From a virus (Duplodnaviria; Caudoviricetes), in IMG/VR virus record IMGVR_UViG_3300032282_004138, positions 1 through 57,180 of that record: a stretch of DNA of 57,180 nt; one strand, given 5' to 3'. The stretch's first letter is position 1; each line of letters begins with the position of its first letter. Positions 29,462 through 37,082 of this stretch are shown here, piece by piece. A model generated the notes under the pieces. The model did no database searches and had not been told where the DNA came from. It saw nothing but the letters and a program-made list of their open reading frames with translations. The position numbers were made by a program, and so were the translations under genes.

Positions 29462-30874
29462 TTAATTATTATTTTGTTTTAGTAACTCTTTTGCTCTTTG
29501 TATTCTTTCTCGGGTGTGAGATTCTTTCTTAACTTCTTGGTTTTTTTCATATCCTAAAAAGGTTTGAGGCGTTTCTGTGTCTATATGAACTTTTCCGTTA
29601 TCGAAAGTACAATCTTCGAATACAACCCCGTCACGTCCAAAACGTGATTTTAAAACAGCTATTGTAGCTCTTCCTGATTCTTTTTGTGGTAAGGTTCTCG
29701 CTATCGACATAATAAAATGTCCTATTTGAGCTTTCTTAATTGAACCTCCCATTTGGTCTCCTGTTACAACGTCAGCACTGATTGAACTTCTATTACCTTG
29801 AACGGCTGTCCATCCTACCAAACTAAACTCACTTAACATTGATTCAAAACCTCTCATTACATTACCCTCACCAGACCATTCATCACTATATTGTCTTGTG
29901 GATTCAACACAATCAATATAATCTAAAACAATCATGTCAGGTTTAAATCCTGTAGAAATTTCATGTCTAACGAAAGATTTTATTGTTTGCATAGTTACAC
30001 CCTCTGAAGAAAACTTCCTGATTCTTAAATCATTTGTTCTGTTTGAAGTTACTTCTTTGTGTTTTGCTAAAACATCTTCTTTTCTTTCTGCTAAATCATT
30101 TAAATCAATACCTGACCAACACGCTAAATGTTTTCTTTTAATAACATCAGGCATGTCCTCGAAAACAATTTGTAAAACATTATACCCCTGATTGTAAGCT
30201 GAATTGGCTATTTTGGTTAAAATTGTTGTTTTACCAACACCATAAGGTGCTAATATAACTCCAAGTTCACCCCTTGATAAACCCCCATCGGTTAAATTGT
30301 CTATACCATTTATTCCCGTAGGAATTGGGTGTCTAAAGTTTTTTTCTAATACAGATTCAATATTTTCTGTAATAGAAGTACCATCATCTTTTTCAGCTCC
30401 AACAGATAAGGCCTCTCTCAAAATTTCAGCACAAGTTTCGTAATTATCAAACTCACCGTTGTCAACAATCTTGTTGATTTTTTCATTAGCCTTTTTGAGT
30501 TCTTGTTGTCTACAAAAATTTAATGCTTTACTTTGAACAAATTCCCAGTCTTCAACAGACATTTCACGGATTTCTTTTAACATTTCGAATACGTAATCCT
30601 GTGTTACTTTATCTTTGATTTCCATTCTTAAGATGGTCTCTAAAGTATCCATAGCAGGAATTTTTTCGTATTTCTCATAGTAGTCCTTAATTTGGGCTAC
30701 TATGAGACGAAAATATTCATTGTCAAAGTACTTTGCGTGTACTATGTCTATTATTCTATCTGAAAATTTTTTATTAGCTGGGTGTAAGATTTGGTTTATT
30801 AGTTCTGTTTGAAATTTATATCCTAAATAACCTAATGTAACATTTTTACCCATTTTCTTTTGTTGTATACTCAT
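29462..30874 (-). CDS. dnaB: Replicative DNA helicase (DnaB / T4 gp41-like); true start may be 30853
   Basis: IPTGI..ID, Walker A GELGVILAPYGVGKTT, Walker B IVLDYID, WTAVQGNR, KSRFG. Confidence 0.93.
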   Translation of the reverse strand: MSIQQKKMGKNVTLGYLGYKFQTELINQILHPANKKFSDRIIDIVHAKYFDNEYFRLIVAQIKDYYEKYEKIPAMDTLETILRMEIKDKVTQDYVFEMLKEIREMSVEDWEFVQSKALNFCRQQELKKANEKINKIVDNGEFDNYETCAEILREALSVGAEKDDGTSITENIESVLEKNFRHPIPTGINGIDNLTDGGLSRGELGVILAPYGVGKTTILTKIANSAYNQGYNVLQIVFEDMPDVIKRKHLACWSGIDLNDLAERKEDVLAKHKEVTSNRTNDLRIRKFSSEGVTMQTIKSFVRHEISTGFKPDMIVLDYIDCVESTRQYSDEWSGEGNVMRGFESMLSEFSLVGWTAVQGNRSSISADVVTGDQMGGSIKKAQIGHFIMSIARTLPQKESGRATIAVLKSRFGRDGVVFEDCTFDNGKVHIDTETPQTFLGYEKNQEVKKESHTRERIQRAKELLKQNNN

Positions 30875-30886
30875 AAATAGTTTTCA

Positions 30887-31321
30887 TTATTTTGTTGTCG
30901 TGTATTCCACAGTAAAATTTTCTTGACCCAAAGTGTATTGAATTTGGGAGATAATTTTAGGAATTAAATCACGAATATCAACACTATAACGAACTCTTTG
31001 TGGATAAACATTTCCAGTAAACCTTCTGGTACCAATTACTCTTTCATCAATTCTAATTTCAAAGTCAAAAATATCTTCTTTGTCATATATTGGTGTTTTG
31101 TTTATCTGTTCTTCAGTTTGTTTCTCATACGCATTGTATTGACTCCACAAGAATTCAAGAGATTTTATTTTTAATCGTCTCTGAATCATTTCAACACAAT
31201 CATTTACACATTCAATAACTTCTAATGAAGCTACAGTTTTTGGGTTGAAGTTTTTAACTGCGAAATATCTTTGACAGATTATGTTTCCGTTAATACGTAA
31301 GATGAATTCGAATTTTTTCAT
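30887..31321 (-). CDS. Hypothetical protein (144 aa) in replication cluster
   Basis: ATGA overlap with the exonuclease gene. Confidence 0.65.
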   Translation of the reverse strand: MKKFEFILRINGNIICQRYFAVKNFNPKTVASLEVIECVNDCVEMIQRRLKIKSLEFLWSQYNAYEKQTEEQINKTPIYDKEDIFDFEIRIDERVIGTRRFTGNVYPQRVRYSVDIRDLIPKIISQIQYTLGQENFTVEYTTTK

Positions 31322-32340
31322 ACTTTTGAATTTTTATAATTTGTTTTTTCTTTTTTACTTAATTTAATAAATGGGTCTAAAAAATTTACGTACCCGTTTT
31401 CTCCACCAGGGATAGCATACATGATTCCATCCTCAAACATCATTTTTAAAACGTTTTTATAGTCCCTACCTTCGGGGTTTAAAGGTAAGTTTACAAGATT
31501 CAGAACTTCTTCTTTGGCTTCATCTGTTAAAAGTGGCTGGTGTAAATCAATAATGATTTTATTTATCTCGTAAACATTACCTTTATGTGTCCCTCTGGTT
31601 TTTCCTTCGATTATAGAATCGAATACTTTTAATTGTTTTTCTTCTTTTAAAACTTTAGACTTTTCAATAATATCTTCCAAAGAAATTTTTCTATCTTTTA
31701 TTTCAGGAAAATGTGTGATAAGAGTATTTTCAGTTACACCATCGATACCTTTTATATTATCTGTGGAACAACCTTCAATAATTTTAACTAATCCAGCGTT
31801 TTCATAATAATGTTGGAAGTACCAAGAGTAGTTTCCAATACCAACTAAAACTTTTTTATCCGCTAGATATAAAGTAACATCTTCAGAAATAAGTTGACAT
31901 AAATCCCTGTCATTAGTGTATATAATAACTTCTTCATTCTTTTTTTTGTTTAAAGCATAGAATGAAAGTAAATCATCTGATTCACAATCAGGGTGTTCGT
32001 ATTGTCTTAGGAATAAGTCTTCAGCGTAAGCCTTAACTTTTAATTTTTGAATTTCGTAGTTTTCGTCAAAGAATTTTGGTCTATTACCTTTATAGTCAGG
32101 ATAATAATCAAGTCTTAAATAACCACCTCTTTCACCATCCCACATGATAATAACCTTATCAACTGATAATTCAACAATAAGTTTTCTTAATGTGGTGTAA
32201 AATTGGAAGATTCCTCCGATATGAACTTCTTTGTAGAAAACGTTCTTGGCTCCGTTGTAAGAGCGTTTCATAAGAACGTTTCCATCAATAAGAAGTGTTT
32301 TGGTTTTTTCTTTTTTTCTAGTTACCTTCAGGCCCGTCAT
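31318..32340 (-). CDS. 5'-3' exonuclease / flap endonuclease (PolA N-terminal / T4 RNase H-like)
   Basis: LLIDGN, WDG, YPDYKGNR, ESDD, TNDRDLCQL, DNIKGIDGV; ATG at 32340 preferred over the track start at 32367. Confidence 0.92.
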   Translation of the reverse strand: MTGLKVTRKKEKTKTLLIDGNVLMKRSYNGAKNVFYKEVHIGGIFQFYTTLRKLIVELSVDKVIIMWDGERGGYLRLDYYPDYKGNRPKFFDENYEIQKLKVKAYAEDLFLRQYEHPDCESDDLLSFYALNKKKNEEVIIYTNDRDLCQLISEDVTLYLADKKVLVGIGNYSWYFQHYYENAGLVKIIEGCSTDNIKGIDGVTENTLITHFPEIKDRKISLEDIIEKSKVLKEEKQLKVFDSIIEGKTRGTHKGNVYEINKIIIDLHQPLLTDEAKEEVLNLVNLPLNPEGRDYKNVLKMMFEDGIMYAIPGGENGYVNFLDPFIKLSKKEKTNYKNSKV

Positions 32341-32563
32341 TACCCATAAAATTAAAGGGTTTAACAATCTTTTTTTCTTCTTGATTTTCAGGTTCTAGTA
32401 CACCTACTTGGGTTAGAAAATTAATATACTCATTGGCTATGGTTTCACCACCTAAGTATCTTTCAAGACCTTGCTGTATGAGGTAAAAACAACTCATTTG
32501 TCCACTATCAGCGGTTAAAGCCTCTTTATTTAATTCTACTAATCTTTCGTAGTTAACTTTCAT
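32318..32563 (-). CDS. Hypothetical protein (81 aa)
   Basis: Starts 1 nt after the RecA stop; co-oriented. Confidence 0.6.
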   Translation of the reverse strand: MKVNYERLVELNKEALTADSGQMSCFYLIQQGLERYLGGETIANEYINFLTQVGVLEPENQEEKKIVKPFNFMGNDGPEGN

Positions 32564-32564
32564 A

Positions 32565-33599
32565 TTATTCTAATCCTTCTAAATCAATATCTGTTTGTGA
32601 GCCTTCTAAAGCAAAGTCTTCACCTTCTTGAACTTCTAATCCATTTTTAATGAACATGTCAGTCCAAAATTCGGAATATTCTTTTTTGTAAGCCTCTTCA
32701 GCTTCTTTTGTGTCTTCAATAAAACCATGTGGTGTTACAATTACTTTACCATCTTCGTAACCGATACCGTTTACGTGGTTTTTAAGAATCGAGATTTTAG
32801 TACGAGTAGCGAACTTAATCTTTCTACCGTTCTTGGTTGCCATAATCTTATTTGTTCCAGCACCTTTTTGATTACCGTAAAGGAAAATCAAAGTACTGTT
32901 AAGATAGATAGCCTCACCACCTTTCATCTTAATTTTTGGTTGACCCATTGGAGAGTCAGGTAATTCAACCCAAGGTTGGTTAACGAAGACAATAGTATTT
33001 GTATACTTACTTGTTTCTTTTCTTGAGGATGTAATTCTACCGTTTAATCCCATACCAATTTTATCGGCTAATACAGATGCGTTATGCATCTTACCACCCT
33101 TACCGTCAAAGGTCATTTTACATGGAATGGAACCAACAGAATCCCAAAAGAATACGATGTTATAAGGAACGTCACCTTTTGCTTGTGCATCCAATACTTC
33201 ATTGATATAATCTGTGATTTGTTCAATATAATCAAAATCATCACGGAAAAGGAAAAATCCGTCCCACTCACCTGGGTTAACTTCTTTAGCGTCTAACCCC
33301 ATTAATTGAGCGTGGCCAAAACTCCATTTCTTTTCAGTAATAATAAAAATCGGTAGAATACCATTTTCTTGACACCAAATAGCAGATTTTAATAAACCTG
33401 TGGTTTTTCCAGTGTCGGAATGTCCCAAGAAAACATTTAAATGTCCAAGAGCAGGACCAGGAACACCTGTTGCTTTTTGGAAGGCCTCACCCAAGTCGAT
33501 AAATTTGTCGGCTTTGTATTTAGTTTTAGTACTAAACTTATCCTTCAAACTATCAAGTGAGAATTCTTTTTTACCTATTGCTTTCTTTGTTGTAGACAT
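32565..33599 (-). CDS. recA: RecA/UvsX-like recombinase
   Basis: Walker A GHSDTGKTT, Walker B FFWDSVG, VFVNQ, KGGEA, ILKNH. Confidence 0.85.
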   Translation of the reverse strand: MSTTKKAIGKKEFSLDSLKDKFSTKTKYKADKFIDLGEAFQKATGVPGPALGHLNVFLGHSDTGKTTGLLKSAIWCQENGILPIFIITEKKWSFGHAQLMGLDAKEVNPGEWDGFFLFRDDFDYIEQITDYINEVLDAQAKGDVPYNIVFFWDSVGSIPCKMTFDGKGGKMHNASVLADKIGMGLNGRITSSRKETSKYTNTIVFVNQPWVELPDSPMGQPKIKMKGGEAIYLNSTLIFLYGNQKGAGTNKIMATKNGRKIKFATRTKISILKNHVNGIGYEDGKVIVTPHGFIEDTKEAEEAYKKEYSEFWTDMFIKNGLEVQEGEDFALEGSQTDIDLEGLE

Positions 33600-33609
33600 A
33601 TTTTTTTAA

Positions 33610-34443
33610 TTAAAATGGCATTTCATCATCGTCATCAGCCTCATCCTCAACGACTGGAGCTTTATACTTAGCACTTGTTGTAGGTGTATCTTTCTTAACA
33701 GTTTCTTCACCTTTAGCAACAAACTTTTCTAATTTTTTATCCCAAACAGGATTTTCACCGTTAGCGATAATTTCAAGATACTCAACAGGGGATGCTTTGT
33801 AAATTTCTTTCCAAGACATTGTGTCTTTTACCCAAGCCTTAGCTTTTTCTTTGTTTTCTGTTAACATTGAAGGGTCTTCTGCCATAATAGAAGTAATCTT
33901 GGTGTTGTTCTTATCACCACGACCCAACATAAGTGTAAGGTCACGACCTTCTCTACCATCTGCAAGATTTCCTTTTTTAGTAAACAAAGGAATCATTTTA
34001 TCCAATTCACCCTCACCTTTGTAGTTGTGACGGAAACGCCAGATTTTAACACCGTCTTCTTCTTTAGAACGGTCAATTACACGAACAAGATAAAACTTAC
34101 CAGCCTTGTAGGTCTTAGCAATTTTCTTATCTTCTTCACTACCTGTTGCTTTTAAAGCTTTTTCAACTTCACACAATGGACAGGTATCACCATCATTGTG
34201 TTCTCTGCAATAGAGTTTTCTCCATTGTCCATTAACCTGCATTACGTGGAAATATCCTTCCTCAAAAGGTGATGCACCTTCTTTGGTCGGCATTAAACGA
34301 ATGGTTACTTCACCATTCTTTTCTCCATCTTCTAAACGTGGGTTAAAGTACTTTGAGAAATCTTTTTCTTCAAAAGATTTTCCTCCACCAGAGTTTTTGT
34401 TTTTTTCATACTGCGACATAATCGCATCTAATACATTACTCAT
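33610..34443 (-). CDS. Single-stranded DNA-binding protein (T4 gp32-like)
   Basis: IRLMP, FH, C...CPLCE zinc site, VIDR, EGRDL and acidic tail DDDDEMPF. Confidence 0.85.
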   Translation of the reverse strand: MSNVLDAIMSQYEKNKNSGGGKSFEEKDFSKYFNPRLEDGEKNGEVTIRLMPTKEGASPFEEGYFHVMQVNGQWRKLYCREHNDGDTCPLCEVEKALKATGSEEDKKIAKTYKAGKFYLVRVIDRSKEEDGVKIWRFRHNYKGEGELDKMIPLFTKKGNLADGREGRDLTLMLGRGDKNNTKITSIMAEDPSMLTENKEKAKAWVKDTMSWKEIYKASPVEYLEIIANGENPVWDKKLEKFVAKGEETVKKDTPTTSAKYKAPVVEDEADDDDEMPF

Positions 34444-34515
34444 TTTGTTTTTGTTTAAATTGTTTAACTTAAAATACTTGAATTAAGTATACTAAAGAAT
34501 TTGGTGTTAGTAAAC

Positions 34516-34542
34516 AAAAAAGGGGGTTAGGCCCCCCTCTTT
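34516..34542 (-). terminator. Intrinsic terminator (possibly bidirectional)
   Basis: aaaaa-aggggg-ttaggc-ccccct-cttt hairpin between the 255-aa gene and SSB. Confidence 0.7.
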
Positions 34543-34577
34543 ATTTTTTTATTTTTATTATTAAATTTTCTCTTTTT

Positions 34578-35345
34578 TTAAGGAACAAATGATTTTTTAA
34601 TATCAACAGTACTAAAATCTTTAGCTTCATTTGGATCTAATTTCCAAACTTTAACTTGTCCGTCTTGACTCTCAGCGTCAGGTGTTCCACCGTTAATCTC
34701 GTAATTAGCTTTTATTTTCTCATCATTCCAATAATCAGTAAGTTTTACGTTAAAAGGATATGAATCTAAAGAACGTAATTCTAATTTTTCTTTTGGTTTT
34801 TGTGACTGGATATCTTTCTTAATGGATTGGATTTCGTTTGATACTGTATCTATTTTAGAAAGAGATGATTGTAATGCCTCAAATTTAGTCATTAAATCTT
34901 GAATCATGTTTTTACCTTCTTCAGCAGCTGTTACAGCTTTTTCAGCGTAACCTTTAGCATCATCAGCTCTCTTTACAATATCGGTAACATCAATTTCTTC
35001 TGTATCAGAATCTTCTTCAGATTCAATATCATCAGCCGCACTAAATTCATCAGCAGTTCCAAATTCATCTATTTCTTCTTCACCACCCTCTTCTGCCTCT
35101 TCGTCACCAAAACCTTCAGTTTCTTCACCACCTTCTTCAGTACCAAAATCAAAGTCTGGGTTATCCCCACCTTCTTCAGTTTCAGTTTCTTCTGTATCGG
35201 TTTCTTCTTCGTCAGCATAATCGGTATTTTCCTCATCTATGGTGTATGTATGTCTTCTTACTTCAGTTAAGGTAGTTGTACCTTTAGTTGGATCGTAACC
35301 AAGAAGTTCTCTATGTCTTTTTAAATCTTCGCTTAATTTATTCAT
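34578..35345 (-). CDS. Highly acidic coiled-coil protein, scaffold/head-core-like
   Basis: E/D/G-rich middle, EEIDVTDIV, heptad coiled coil, LRSLDSYPFN. Confidence 0.5.
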   Translation of the reverse strand: MNKLSEDLKRHRELLGYDPTKGTTTLTEVRRHTYTIDEENTDYADEEETDTEETETEEGGDNPDFDFGTEEGGEETEGFGDEEAEEGGEEEIDEFGTADEFSAADDIESEEDSDTEEIDVTDIVKRADDAKGYAEKAVTAAEEGKNMIQDLMTKFEALQSSLSKIDTVSNEIQSIKKDIQSQKPKEKLELRSLDSYPFNVKLTDYWNDEKIKANYEINGGTPDAESQDGQVKVWKLDPNEAKDFSTVDIKKSFVP

Positions 35346-35384
35346 ATGTGTTTATTTTATCTTTTATATAAGTTTTTCTATCCA

Positions 35385-35582
35385 CTATCTTTGTGTATAT
35401 TCACTTAATAATTGACGACCATCGTTTGTGATGATTTTCTTATTTTCTCTTTTAACAATTTCTTCAGGGTTGTTCATTAAACATTCCTCATCTTGACACC
35501 CTTGTTTGTTGTTTGATAAAAAAGAATCAAGTTTTGACTTAATTTCTTTTTCAGATTTTTGTTTATTTCTATCTGTAATCAT
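35385..35582 (-). CDS. Hypothetical protein (65 aa)
   Basis: Preceded by the GATATTTATA motif; ends DGRQLLSEYTQR. Confidence 0.6.
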   Translation of the reverse strand: MITDRNKQKSEKEIKSKLDSFLSNNKQGCQDEECLMNNPEEIVKRENKKIITNDGRQLLSEYTQR

Positions 35583-35596
35583 AACTTCTTTTTATT

Positions 35597-35606
35597 TATA
35601 AATATC
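35597..35606 (-). promoter_or_regulatory. Putative late promoter GATATTTATA
   Basis: 14 nt upstream of the 65-aa gene. Confidence 0.6.
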
Positions 35607-36012
35607 AAGATTCAGATAAAAATACTCTTTCAATTGTGTTAATCTCAAGAACTTCACCTTTTAATAAAATAATTTTGTTTTTAAACTTTTCCCAATCTAT
35701 CTTATACTCTTTATAATTTACATTACCACCTAAACCACTTTCCTGTTCAATTAATTTATTTAAGGCATTAATAGTAAAAATAGTATCACCTTTTTTATGT
35801 ACTTGTATTGTCTTTGGGAGTTCTTTTTTAATGTCGATTTTATTATCGATATCCATATGGAGTTTGTATGTTAAAAGAAAGTCACCATTTTCCATTTTAA
35901 AGAAAAAAACGTTTTCTTTTTTAACCCCAAATTTGTTTTGTATTTTGCGTAGAAAATTTTCTAAATAATCCTCTTTAAGAAACGAGGCTAAAAGTAGTAT
36001 TTTTTGTTGCAT
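35605..36012 (-). CDS. Hypothetical phage protein (135 aa)
   Basis: Co-oriented ORF containing VHKKGDTIFTINALNKLI; function unknown. Confidence 0.65.
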   Translation of the reverse strand: MQQKILLLASFLKEDYLENFLRKIQNKFGVKKENVFFFKMENGDFLLTYKLHMDIDNKIDIKKELPKTIQVHKKGDTIFTINALNKLIEQESGLGGNVNYKEYKIDWEKFKNKIILLKGEVLEINTIERVFLSES

Positions 36013-36592
36013 CTTTATATATTAAGTATGGCAAATATTTTATATCCAAATATTTGAGTTCATTCTTAAAGTTTTTTAACTCCCAACTACAGTCAGAAAA
36101 GTTAGTTGTTTCTTTTAACGTACTCAAAATTATTTTTCTATCAAAACCTATGAAATCTAATTGTTCAAGGTCGATAGAATAAATAACAAAGTTGTGATAT
36201 ACATACACAACTTTATTTACATATAAATATGTAAAACCACCTGCAACGTTTTTAATTTTTTCAATTAGACCTTCATTACTATTTATTTTATAGATTATTG
36301 GGTCTATATTAAAAAATTTTATTTTCTTAATATAATCGTTATAGGATTTATTAATATATTTTTTTAAATCTGTTTCAAAAATACTTCTTTTTTCAGTTGG
36401 TGAGAACGTCCAATAAAGGTTATCTTTAATCTTCTTTCTTAATATAGAAGCCTCAGGGTATAAACTTTTCGTTAGTTCCCAACCAATAATTAAAGTTGGT
36501 AGGTCATTTGTTGGCACGTCTTTATAAGAATTAAAATTATTTGGTATTCCTGTTAATTCTTCGTTAGAAATTATATTGCCGACAATAATCAT
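35975..36592 (-). CDS. Hypothetical protein (205 aa)
   Basis: Long ORF divergent from the DUF6011 gene; no motif recognised. Confidence 0.65.
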   Translation of the reverse strand: MIIVGNIISNEELTGIPNNFNSYKDVPTNDLPTLIIGWELTKSLYPEASILRKKIKDNLYWTFSPTEKRSIFETDLKKYINKSYNDYIKKIKFFNIDPIIYKINSNEGLIEKIKNVAGGFTYLYVNKVVYVYHNFVIYSIDLEQLDFIGFDRKIILSTLKETTNFSDCSWELKNFKNELKYLDIKYLPYLIYKDATKNTTFSLVS

Positions 36593-36605
36593 TTTTGTAT
36601 CTTTG
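36575..36605 (+). promoter_or_regulatory. Bacteroidota-type housekeeping promoter (TTG-N19-TATCTTTG)
   Basis: TAnnTTTG at 36598-36605 and TTG at 36576-36578, 21 nt before the DUF6011 ATG. Confidence 0.6.
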
Positions 36606-36626
36606 TTTTAAATATAAGAGATAAAA

Positions 36627-37082
36627 ATGAAAAAAGAAACCAATCACGAACTTACTTCTGAAAGCTTAAAAGATTTTATCTTTGCTGGCACAGCTATCTT
36701 TACTGTTGTAAATGAAAAAACAGGTAATCGTTTTACTTACCGTGTTCGTAAGGCTGGTTGGGGTACCCTTAACGTTAAATCGGATATTTTTTATGTTTCA
36801 GTATTAACGGGTTCTGATAATAACTCTTGTTATACTTTTTTGGGTAGTTACTTTGGTGGTAAAAATCAAATGTACCGTCACTCTCAAAAAAGTAAGATTG
36901 GTGGTTCTTCTGTTTCTAATAAAGTAATCGAATGGTTTTTTCAAAATTATTTTAAAAACCCAAATGTTTACACAACAGTTAAAGTTTACCATTCAGGTAA
37001 ATGTGGTAAGTGTGGAAAAAAATTGACCACCCCTGAGTCAATCAAGAGTGGTCTAGGTCCTTACTGTGGTAAAAGAAATTAA
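36627..37082 (+). CDS. DUF6011-family zinc-finger protein
   Basis: C-terminal CGKCGKKLTTPESIKSGLGPYC. Confidence 0.78.
   Translation: MKKETNHELTSESLKDFIFAGTAIFTVVNEKTGNRFTYRVRKAGWGTLNVKSDIFYVSVLTGSDNNSCYTFLGSYFGGKNQMYRHSQKSKIGGSSVSNKVIEWFFQNYFKNPNVYTTVKVYHSGKCGKCGKKLTTPESIKSGLGPYCGKRN

Noticed and set aside
27587-33599. Inteins or introns in RNR, helicase or RecA
   Set aside because: Protein lengths are normal, and no splice-junction or LAGLIDADG motifs were seen.
35385-35387. Alternative genetic code (TAG recoding), prompted by the rarity of TAG stops
   Set aside because: Genes are full-length and tightly packed under code 11; readthrough here adds only 6 codons.
35975-36592. Degenerate DNA polymerase or exonuclease fragment
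   Set aside because: Position near replication genes is suggestive, but no catalytic motif could be identified.
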